Shown: piece by piece, positions 53,850-64,000 of the stretch
Layout: the number at the start of each line of letters is the position of its first letter
How positions within the stretch are numbered: position 1 is the first letter of the stretch
Source: Podarcis cretensis
Lineage: Eukaryota
Direction of reading: 5' to 3'
Length of the DNA stretch: 64,000 bases
Assembly (NCBI GenBank): GCA_951804945.1
Contig: OX638150.1
Location: 43,896,001-43,960,000 of the forward strand
Notes under the pieces: model-generated
The model's database searches: none
What the model was told of the DNA's origin: nothing
Seen by the model: the letters and a program-made list of their open reading frames with translations, nothing else
Position numbers and translations under genes: made by a program

Positions 53850-53904
53850 CTGGGGGGCTTTGTCTGTTCAGGTTTCTTGACTTTCATGGAAGTTGCCTTT
53901 GGTG
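53850..53904 (-). CDS. PRR36: PRR36-like coding exon 2
   Basis: CTTTCTGTAG acceptor; APKATSMKVKKPEQTKPPR; CAG|GTATGG donor; 55 nt, phase 1 to 2. An alternative in-frame donor lies at 53823. Confidence 0.72.
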
Positions 53905-54421
53905 CTACAGAAAGAGCAAAGAAGATACTTGCCTTAAGCAAACAGCTGATTAAAGCACAGAACAAACTATCAGAAGACCCTAGCTGGATAAGCATGAAAG
54001 AGCTATCAGGTCGCCAGCAGAACAGGGAAGGCTCCTGGAACCTCATTTCTCTACCAGGTTTGAGTATATGGTGAGTGATTATCACAGCCAGGCCTGTGCA
54101 CATATTTGCAAGGTATACAAGTGGAAACCTGGGGGGGGGGGAGGGATTACTAGGGGGTTTTAGGTGGGGGCAGGGAGGAAGGACCCTTCAGTTAGCCGCA
54201 TAGTTCCATGTTGTTCCCAAAATTTGGCACAATTTGGGGAGGGAGGGTATATGGGAAGTTACCATTGAGTTAAGCTGTGTTTGAGAGAACCTGGCCCAGA
54301 TCACAGCCTTCTTTAGACAAGTATGTCTAGGAACAAGCCTCAAAGGTGCCATGCAATGTCTTAAGGGGCTTAGCACAGCTTTAATAACCCCCTGCTGAAG
54401 AGTTAGGCTGGCAATCCATAC

Positions 54422-54842
54422 CTGAAGCCGTCACCTGCGTTTCCACTTTTGTGGGTTTCTGCTGTACCTCCTTCTCCTGACCGATCCTTTCTGAAGTCTT
54501 TGGCCCGCTGGGTCTGTCCCCCATGACCTTTTTCACTGCCCCCTTAGCAGACAAGTTGGTGGCAGCACTGGCCTTGGCCACTGGCTGCTTCGTCTGCAAC
54601 ACGGGGGGCTTCCTGGCTGCTCCATTGCTGAGCATTCTGGGGGCGCCGCAAGGAACTGTAGGAGGACGACTTGTAGTGGCTCCTGGCTGCTTCCTGCCAG
54701 GGACCTGCACTGGAGCCCGAGGGCTCCTGCTGGGTGTTTGCTTTGCTGCAGGTGGACAGGCAGCCCGGGCTCCTTTACTGGCCGTTGCCACGCCATTCAG
54801 CCGTGGAGCTGGGTCTCCGCTAGCAGCGCCATTGTCATCCAT
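54422..54842 (-). CDS. PRR36: PRR36-like first coding exon (exon 2; acceptor at 54926)
   Basis: AAGATGG Kozak with an in-frame upstream TAG; MDDNGAASGDPAPRLNG... Pro/Ala/Lys-rich; CAG|GTATGG donor, phase 1. Joined CDS is 3765 nt = 1254 aa. Confidence 0.78.
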
Positions 54843-57800
54843 CTTCACACCAACTGGCACTGGGCAGGCTGTCTGTAGCTCTCTGAACCGCTAGGCCAGG
54901 TGCAGGGCTCCGTTTTCACCTGCGACCTGAAAAAGAGGACCACCAACACTTTGTGTGGAACCCCACCCCAATGAAGCTCTGCAGGGATTGTGAGTAGTAT
55001 TGCAGATGACTCTCACATCCCGTTAGTTCAGCAAGTTGAACCTAGCTGCTTCGGATGCAAAAAGCCAGCACTGACTATATAAACAAAAGCATTCTTATGT
55101 GGCCATCTAGTCACGTGAAGCTATCTGCAGCTTGTTGCCAAAAGCTTTCAGAGAGGTGGATTCTACGTTGGTGGACTGCAAGGAAAAGCATGAAAATCCA
55201 CGCAGTACGAAACTAATTTTCTAGGGATGCCCAAGTCATAGTGGCAGCTGCCTTGTCTTACTGGTAAGTCAGATCAGTCAAGCAACAGTTGCGTTGCTAT
55301 GATCCACCTTAGAGTCACAAGGCCAATGTTGTGTTGTTCATTAGATTGGCCCTATTTCTGCCACTGTGCAGTCCCCTTTGTAGAGCAAATTGACAAATCA
55401 GGAACATTGCCACCCAGAGAGCAGCATTTCCCCATGGCTGGCAACTATTTTAGCTGTCTACTTTGCAACAAGGGATCCGTCACTCCCAGCAAAAAAAGAA
55501 AAGAAGAAAAAGTGTTCCATCTAAACCACAGAGCAGTCAAGCTTGGGGGATGTGGTGAGAAAGAAAACCAAATCCACCAGCAGAAGCAGAACCTGATATT
55601 CCTCACCATGCTCTGCTCCCTATGCCTCCCCAACTGACTTATCAGTGGAAGAGTAGCTGGCAGGGACAGGCCAAGACAGAGTATAACTTGAAAGGAGGAC
55701 CCTTCCCAGATGGCATCCAATGGACTGTCAAGGCATTTAAAAGATCACTACAAAATTTACAACCACTACTGTAGCTGAAATTTATATTCAACAATAAATC
55801 CTACGCCGCAAAACCAAGGCAGCTCAGAGCCATACTATTAGATAATTAGATCTCCTATCGAAACCCTTTTCAGTATGACCAAAGAGAGGAAGTTATTTTA
55901 AACATGTCTTGGCATTGGAGGGTGGGTTTGTTTTTTTAAGGGATTTGTTGAAGACAGTTCAATTCCTGCCTCTAAACTGAGGAGAGACTCAAAACTTTAC
56001 AGGGAAAGTTGAAGTGCCTCTGAGACAAGGTGAACAGCAAAACAGAAGATTCAAATTTGTTTCAGAAAATGCCTCACTCTTACACACACTTGCTTGGAGC
56101 CTATTTAAAATGCAAGGTTTATCCACATTGATTATCCAGGATTGGCACGTAGCATACAAAAGAGCTGAAGGCCTAATCCAACTGCCATGCACTGAATCTT
56201 GGGCTGATTTGACGAGAGCAGCCTCCGCCAACAAATCAACCCCTGCCAGCACATCACGCTAGCTGAAGCCGAAAGCAACTGGAGGGCACCAGGTCAGGAG
56301 AGTTCCCCTTATGAGAACCTTGGGTGCACCTGATGCAGTTTGCACAGCAGGTTTGGGACCAACCAAGCCTTGTTGCCAGTGGTAATTTTGCACATGAGCA
56401 GAAGTGTGATGAACTGTGGCTGCAGAGGCTACAAATGATAGCACTCCTTTCCAGGGGAGAGGGCAGAAGACAAGGGGAGGGCTGCCAAGCCACGTGGTCC
56501 AAAGTTGACACTACCAATGATCTATTTTCCTGTGCAGGAAGTAAAAGACTAACTGGCCCTTGGCAGCCTCTACACAGTCTTCCCAGGCAATAAGTGTCAC
56601 AGAATACTTTGCCCGCTGCCCATGAGCTGGCAGAGCTGACTTAGTTAGATAGGTCTCAAGTCACCCACTGACTTGGGAGGCTCTTCCACCTATATCCTAG
56701 GGCACCCAATGGTCCACCAGCAGATCACATTACCTTCTGCCCACTCTAGAGAAGCCATATGCAGAAAGCTTCAATGACTGCTGACAGCTATTAGATCACA
56801 AAGGCAGTTCCCAGGGTCATTTCCATTCTGCTCTTAGAGCACAAGGCAATGAGGGAGCGATGGGTAGAGTCTTCACCCATATTTGCTTATTCAGCTGGTT
56901 GTTTTAAAGCCCTAACTGAACATCCAGGACATTTAGCCACTCCTATGCTGAAAAGAATGGTTAACTTTTAACCCATTGTTTGATGTGGGAGAGAAAGATG
57001 CACAAACAGCACCATATTTGCAAAAAGCACATTTGTTCAATGCAACAAGAATGAACTTTATGGGACCAACCCCTTAAGTCACACTTGACACAACACCTCT
57101 CCATGTAAATAACCTTCCCAGTCAATATCAGCTATTGCCAAACAGTTCTGATAGGAAACTTTTGCCCTCCCACCCTGTTATTATCTTAAGAGGTCATTTT
57201 GTTTTAATACTGTACTTTGGTTTCTCCTGACCTTCTTGTCTCCTGCATGGTCAAGTTTCAGTTTCACTTTCTGCTTGCTGAAAGTGTGTACCCTCCAAAT
57301 CCCCTTATATATGCATATACTGCATATGCAGTTCCTTGGAGTATCACAGAAGCTAGCCATTTAACTTATAAGTCATAACCAACCTCTAATTTTTATTTTC
57401 CATATTGTTTTGTTAATGAATACAACTTGACATTTTAAAACCCAGCAGAGCTAAGTGTTGTTCATGCTACAGTTGAACTCTGAAATCTCTCTTACACACA
57501 CCCTGCCCCAAATTGTATTTACACTTTTCCCCCACCCTTCTACTGCCCACCATGAGTACCTTTCAGTTGTCTCAAATATCTTGTTTGGTTGTTTATAACC
57601 CACCGCAACATCCTGGCATGTTTATAATTCTGCATCACCCAAAGCTGCAAAGCATATGTTTCAGTCCACATCTGAGCCCAAGGCAGGCCCATGGGAAAAC
57701 CTGCTTCTTTTCTAGCCCTTGAATGCTGCTGCACATTCTCTCAAACTTTCCAGCTACATTAGACACTCAACCCTCCCCCCTCTGCTCTTTCCTTGAAGCC

Positions 57801-58163
57801 ATAAGAAGTGCAAGGGAGCTGCAGCCCCTCCACCCCCATCACACCTGCCCCCAAAGCAAGAGAGTTAGATCATTCCAACAGTCACCCATTCACTTTTGTT
57901 TTTTTGTTTGTTCCAATTATTGTCCCAGGAGGAAGAGCTCTGCTAGCAAGCCTATAATTTCTCTTCTGGTTTTGGAGATGGCCATTACATTCCCCAGCTA
58001 CAACCTTGCCGATCTGCTTTAATTACACAAAGTAAGTTACCAGGGAGATGGCTCTAGAAGCATCAGTGTGTAAAGACACAGTTACCTCTGCTTAGCTACC
58101 CCAATCCATTATCTTCCCCCCAACACAATCATCCATGACTTCTGCTTCCTGTTAGGTTAGGTA

Positions 58164-58501
58164 AAGGTAAAGGGACCCCTGACCATTAGGTCCAATCATG
58201 GCCAACTCTGGGGTTGCGGCGCTCATCTCGCTTTATTGGCCGAGGGAGCCGACGTACAGCTTCCGGGTCATGAGGCCAGCATGACTAAGCCACTTCTGGC
58301 GAACCAGAGCAGCGCACGGAAACACCATTTACCTTCCTGCCGGAGCAGTACCTATTTATCTACTTGCACTTTGACGTGCTTTTGAACTGCTAGGTTGGCA
58401 GGAGCAGGGGAGGTCACCCCGTCGTGGGGATTCGAACCGCTGACCTTCTCATCGGCAAGTCCTAGGCTCTGTGGTTTAACCCACAGCGCCATCCGCGTCC
58501 C
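58164..58501 (-). mobile_element. Sauria (Squam1) SINE with 14-bp TSD
   Basis: Minus-strand GGGACGCGGATGGCGCTGTGGGTTAAACC head and ACCTTT tail; TSD TGTTAGGTTAGGTA at 58150-58163 and 58502-58515. Confidence 0.92.
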
Positions 58502-58774
58502 TGTTAGGTTAGGTAGGTGATTAGATTAGCAGACATCTCTCCCATTTAAAAACTCACCTGATTTGATGCATACTCCCCAAACTTATTTCCATCTTATAAC
58601 TGAAGAACTTTACCTCACCAGTGATTTTCCTTATCCTTCAGTGTTCATGCACTGCCCTTCCTTTGCACACTTCTGAAGCAACATCCTTTCAGTAGCAAAT
58701 GGTCCATATACCTTGCCCTAAAGGGTTTTATTCATTCATCTCAATCCCAAAAAGGCTTTGCCTTTCCTCTAGAG

Positions 58775-59005
58775 CTGGGGTCAGCAAGCTTTCAGCAGGG
58801 CGCCGGTCCACTGTCCCTTAGGTCTTGTGGGGGGCCGGACTATATTTTAGAAAAAATGAACGAATTCCTATGCCCCACAAATAACCCAGAGATGCATTTT
58901 AAATAAAAGCACACATTCTACTCACGTAAAAACACACCAGACTGTCCGCAGCCTGGATTTAGAAGGCGATTGGGCCAGATCTGGCCCCTAGTTTGCCAAC
59001 CTATG
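58775..59005. mobile_element. hAT (Charlie-like) MITE
   Basis: 8-bp TSD CTCTAGAG/CTCTAGAC; degenerate TIRs; same family as 4794-5023. Confidence 0.8.
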
Positions 59006-60029
59006 CTCTAGACTAGCCCATTTCTGCATCTCTCAGCCATCCATCTAAAAGTCACTAGGTCACCTGGATTCCCCCACCCCCATTTTTTTTACTTTATTTC
59101 CTGTGGGATTCTTCCTGGAAGGGTAGCCTCTTTCCTAGAGAGGAGCTAATTCGGGGGGGGGGGGGAAGGCTATTTCTGTTGAGTACAAAGCCTTAATACA
59201 AACTTTTTTCCTCCATTTTAGAGACAGGCTCCTTTAAATGTATACTGTGACGGAGGGGGAGAAAGGAACCCCTTTGTCCACTGTCAACTACATGGGACCC
59301 TATGAACGGTGAGATAGTTGACATTTGTTCTTCCAATAACCAGCTGAGAGAGATTTGGTTCAGTTTGCCTTTCCTGCAAAAAGGCAGCCTCAATTTCATT
59401 TTATCTTTTAAATGGATTCATCCAGCAATACCAGGGAAAGCCTATTCACTCTCACAAAGAAGCACAGGGTGGGGCTGTGTGTTCATACGAGCTGGTAGCT
59501 CATCACCACTGCAAATCCCTCCCTTAACAAAGGAAAAGGCCTGCACATCGTAGGAATTGGTCCCTCCTGGTTTCATGCGAGACTTTTTAGGGATGGGAGC
59601 CACTTCCCCCTGTGGCCCCTGACATTATGGAGGCTTTGTGTTTTTGTTTGTTTATATATAATATAAACCTCGCTTTTTCAGTACCGACGCTTTTAATGCA
59701 CTTGTAGCCTTAGCTCGCTTCAATCAGCTTGCTGGGGAAAAACCCTTTCACATCACGCCTTTTTTAAAAAAGGAAAAAATGCCCTGCTTACTGCACCCAG
59801 AGAAAGTGCAACAACAAGAATAGCCACCAACGGGTACAGCAAATGCAGTGTGCAGCTTCCCTCTCCGAGGGTGACGAGTTGGTCGGAGATGGAGAGCGGA
59901 CGGGGCTAACAGGCTAACACAGCAGATTCTGCCCCGAAGGCTTCACGAAGCCCAGAGCAGAGCCTGGGATCCAGCTCCCAGTCTTCCCTTTGGCCGGGAG
60001 GATCCATTCAAAAACTGCCCAGCCTAACA

Positions 60030-60900
60030 AAAAAGCCAACACCCCGCCCCGCCCCCCAGATCAGGGCTGTTCGCTCGCTCCGCTTTGCACCTGCCGGCGC
60101 CATGTGCACCGGAGCCCCACACGCCGCTTCCCCCAAATAAGCTGACCCCCCCAGCACGTGGGAAACCGGGCGAAGAGAAGAGAAGCAACCCGCCCTGCCC
60201 AGCCGTGGGGGGAGAGGAGGGCCGCCCCGACCCTCTCCGCTCCGCGCGCAGTTCCCAAAGCTCCGGCCAGGGGCCGCCCGCCGCCGGAACTCCCGGCGCC
60301 CCCTCGACGGCTGTTACCTCGCTCGCTCGCTCGCGGCGCGCCGGGAAGCCGAGCCAACCGTTCCTCGGCCGCTCCAGCAGGCGAAGGAGCCCTGGGGGGC
60401 TTTTGTCTCCGTGCAGGGGATGCTGCCGGCTGGCCTGGGCGTCGCTGGTGCTGCTGCCGGCGGCGGCGGCGGCGCCTGCCCTGGGCGTGTGTGGCCGGAG
60501 GGCGCGAAGGAAGGCGGAGTGGAGGAGGCGGCGGCGGCAGCAGCGCCAGAGACGCACAAAGTAGGCATGGGGAAAGGGGCGGGGCGGGAGGGAGAGCAGA
60601 AATGCCCCTCTCAATTACCTGGCCAGCCAATGGCAGCGCCGGTTGGGGTTTGGAAGGGATGATGTCACTCTCGCGGGGAGAGGCTGGCGCTGCGCGGATC
60701 AATTGTGTCTTCGGCTGCGCCGCCGGCAGCTATTATGGCCCCCGCCCCGCCCCCGCCCATGTGGCAGCTGGTTAATAGTAATTCAGCCGCGGGGGGGGGG
60801 GGAGCGTTAACCCTCCGCCTGCCGCAGCGCTGATAGCGAGCCTGCTACTGTTAGAAGAGGACACACGGGGCTGGTTCACACGTGCGCGGATATATCCCCC
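60030..60900. promoter_or_regulatory. CpG island promoter of the PRR36-like gene
   Basis: High CpG density; tandem GC boxes GGGGCGGGGCGGG at ~60576-60590; CCAAT at 60627-60631. Confidence 0.82.
60318..60560 (-). other. Probable non-coding exon 1 of the PRR36-like gene (5' end approximate)
   Basis: GAG|GTAACA donor on the minus strand just downstream of the GC and CCAAT boxes; GCC-rich, ATG-free leader. Confidence 0.6.
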
Positions 60901-63567
60901 TCCTGACCTGAACGTGTGAACTGGTTTTACTGAAAAGAGTTGTTCGAGCGGGGACCGACCCGGGGTGGCAGGGCCCTGCCTGGGTCAAAGGGGCCCTTAG
61001 TGGGCCCTCCTGGCAGACCGGGCTGGCCCACCCTCCCCATCCCCAAGCAGGCTCACTGTCTGGCAGTGGTACTGACAGGAGCACCAGCCAGGCCTGCACA
61101 GCTTTACTTGCCTGCTGCTGCCCTTTCCCGTTTCTGCACCATGAGGATATTCCCGAGGGCCACAGTCTCCCCATCCATCATCTGTACTGTAGCCCTCTGA
61201 AACAAGAATTTGTTCCAGTTCCTCAGACAGTGATCTCATCTGAAAGATTTGCCTCAGGCGTTCTAAAAACTATAATATCCACAGAATGAAGAGACAAAAT
61301 TGGAAAGGCTGGAGTGATCTACTACAGGACAGACCTAGAAGAAAAAGCAACTGAACACAACATTTTGTCAAAGGAACCAACCCAAACTGTTCCTTTAAAA
61401 AAGCCCAACAATTTTGGTGGTTTCCTCAACAACTTTTGAGGTGTCCTGGTTTTTACTTTTTGAAATATCGTATGGTATCAGCTGTGCCAACAATGCCTTC
61501 CTAGTGTCTGTATAGGACAAATAAGCAAGGACCCACAGTTAAGAATAAATGGGCACAATGCTTACATTTTTTTTTTAAGGCCGCATAAGCTAGTGGGAAG
61601 ATATTTCATTTTCTCAGGACACACTGCTGCCGACCTGAAAGTCAACAGCATTTAACAACAGCAAAAACTTTTACGAGGACTCCAGTGTGAAATTGCTGGA
61701 TTAGAATTTATGAGTACAGTAAGTTTAATCCTATGTATTCAGATCAGGAATTTCTGTCTCGTGGTCTCTTGTATTTCATGACCTTTTGGTCCAGTTCACA
61801 ATTGTTTTCTCTATAGACATATATGTGAATATATGTTTGATGAACTGGGCTCTAGTCCACCAAGTCTTATGCTGCAATAAATTGGAGTCTCTTCAAGGTG
61901 CCACAAGTTTTTCTGGTTGTTGTTTTTTGCTTTGCTTTGCTTTTAATCAACATGTCATCAGCCTATGTGCTTTGTGGCAGCAGAGTCCAAGTGGCTTACA
62001 CACCCTGCTGTATTTTACATCATGCTACTTCTGAGGGCTGCTTTCCAAAATCAGCTGAAAACGCAACACTTAATATAGCACTATATTATCTAGCACTGTC
62101 CACCCCCATGTCCAGGATCTTTCTTTCATGTTTGCTCAGACCTACAACTTGCCTTAGGGCCTTCTTCACTGATGGTGGACAAACTAATTTGGATTGTATT
62201 TGCAGGCTGCAGCTCTTGAGTTAGATGCTGCATGGTGCATTGCAGAAAGGCCTGATGAAGTGGTCTCCATCTTTCCTTAGCCGACAAGGAGTAGTGAGGA
62301 TGATTATGGGAAGAGTTGTCCTGGCCTTCAGAGTGGCAGCTAATTCCAGAGGTGGGTGCTTCTTGCTTGCCTCTAATCTCTGTGTTTTTTAATTTTTTGT
62401 TTACCACGTACAGAATTCAACAGGACTGGAGACGAATCTCAGTTCATCAACACTCGTAATGGCTGTGTGTGTTGGCTCTTTCTGCATCCAGAATCTCTCC
62501 TTCACTGTCAGCTGTGCTCATTAATCACCACCACCCTGAAGTCCCTTTATTAGTCCCCCAGAACTTAGCCTGGATCAGACTTGTCTTATGTAATAATTGT
62601 TTAATTTTATAAAAACCAAACAAAGATTTCCATATTTGCATGTATCTGCAAAATACAAAACCACTGAACCTTTTCATTTTAATACATAGATCTCTTTAAA
62701 ATAAAGCCCACTATTCATTAGATGAATTGGGAGAAACAGCAGAGGAGGAGAAGAACTGGAAAGCACTTTGCACAATGAAATAGCTCTAATATGATTATTT
62801 AAGAAAAATCACAACAACAATAATGGATAAGGAGAGAGACATTCATCACATATGGCTGCTATACCTGGTTAATTCTTTATAGGCCATATGGAGGTTCCAC
62901 CACCCCACCCTAACCAGGCACCAGGGCCTGAATCAGATATTTCTGCATGCACCAGGAAGTTGCACATGTGCTGCTGTGCTTAAAAATACACACATCTATT
63001 CCCCCCAGCGACATGGTTAGTGCTCCTCCAGTCCTGCTGGCTCTAATTTTTGTTTGGGGAAGAGGGACACTGGACTCAATCTATTCATCACCACCTCTGC
63101 CTCCTCTCCAATCTGCCTCTCCAAGGATCAGCATAGATAGAGCTGGCAAATTGGCAGTGTATTCAGCTGTACACTCTTCTGCAGGCTGGATCAGATCATT
63201 TCACTCCTACTCCAGCCATTACACTCCAGTAAGGGAGATCAATGAACAGCAACCTCTTTCCACTCACAGACTGAAGTCTTTAATGAGCCAAAGAGCTTTG
63301 AGATTTTGATGAGGGACGGCAATAACACTCAGAATTGTTGATTACCATTTTGAGTACTGATTTGCAACTGTCCCAAATCCCACAATTTATTTTATGTGTT
63401 TTCAGCTTGGGAAACGGTGGCATAGATTATATAGTGCAGTCCAGTGAAGCAGCCGGCTGTTGCAGACTTAAGCACTCTCTCTTGTGTTTGCTAAGTTGCA
63501 TAGCGTTAAGAGTTTTGGAGGAGGTAGGCTGTAAGCCGAGGCCCTTCTAACCCCTGGCCCCTGCAAG

Positions 63568-64000
63568 TGTTGAAATCTAATCAAGGATTCTAATTCCTGG
63601 AAAAGCTAGGCTAGCTTCCTGGTGAGGTGACAGACTAGGTACTGGGCTACCGATGGAACAGAAGTGGCTCAGCACCAGAGGGCAAATGGGTGGGTCTCCT
63701 CCCTCCACTGGCTGGAAGTTAAAGAAGAGGGTCAGAGTTGAGAGTGAAGTTATGTGAGTTGGAAGATGGAAGCAAGGCAGCAGGCTGGTAAGGCAGAGGG
63801 TCAGAGTGATGCCTGATTTCTCTTGCAATCCAAGGCTGTGGCTATGGGAGAAGCAAGACCCTTTTGGGGTGTCAATGCTGTGAACCCCTCCATTGTAGGC
63901 TTAGGTTGTATAGAAGTGTAAATCAATTATGCACCATAGCCTCCGCTGTGCCACACTCCAAGGAAACCGAACCCTGGGTAAGTGTCACGGGGAGATTAGG
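63568..64000 (+). mobile_element. Possible degenerate LTR-like repeat
   Basis: TGTTG start, purine-rich body with duplicated AGAGGGTCAGAGT, LTR-like 3' region. Recognised only weakly, and the right boundary is not defined. Confidence 0.3.

Noticed and set aside
60024-60775. ~200-aa ORFs on both strands
   Set aside because: CpG-island artefacts. An in-frame stop precedes the PRR36 ATG in exon 2, so exon 1 is non-coding.
62080-62180. Minus-strand peptide VKKALRQVVGLSKHERKILDMG faintly resembling ribosomal protein L36
   Set aside because: The match is short and bounded by stops, and a true RPL36 copy would be far more similar. Treated as chance unless TBLASTN shows otherwise.

Overview
Eukaryotic (vertebrate) genomic DNA, most likely a lacertid lizard: it carries Sauria/Squam1 and Squam3-type SINEs, a young L2 LINE and lacertid-type MITEs. 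Three spliced genes could be rebuilt by hand with GT-AG sites and consistent phases. (1) PRKACA (PKA catalytic subunit alpha), + strand, exons 2-10 at 10344-22166. The canonical C-alpha1 exon 1 was not found and presumably lies upstream of the window; the 3'UTR runs to ~24215. (2) SAMD1, + strand, 5 coding exons at 31007-36940, 496 aa, starting in a CpG island. (3) A PRR36-like gene (BTBD8/KIAA1107-related C-terminus), - strand, with a non-coding exon 1 in a CpG island at ~60.3-60.6 kb, 5 coding exons at 54842-45721, ~1254 aa, and a polyA signal at 43787. Introns and intergenic DNA hold a 5'-truncated L2 with a nearly intact RT frame, a TG..CA element with a 5-bp TSD, hAT and Tc1/mariner MITEs, SINEs, CR1 remnants and microsatellites. 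I see no evidence for a wholly new biological system. The best leads are regulatory or isoform-level: candidate alternative first exons of PRKACA at ~5.9-6.4 kb, a SINE-derived in-frame splice donor and an intronic polyA site in PRR36, a miR-124 seed cluster in the PRR36 3'UTR, and the PRKACA-SAMD1-PRR36 gene order. Most ORFs in the supplied track are spurious.
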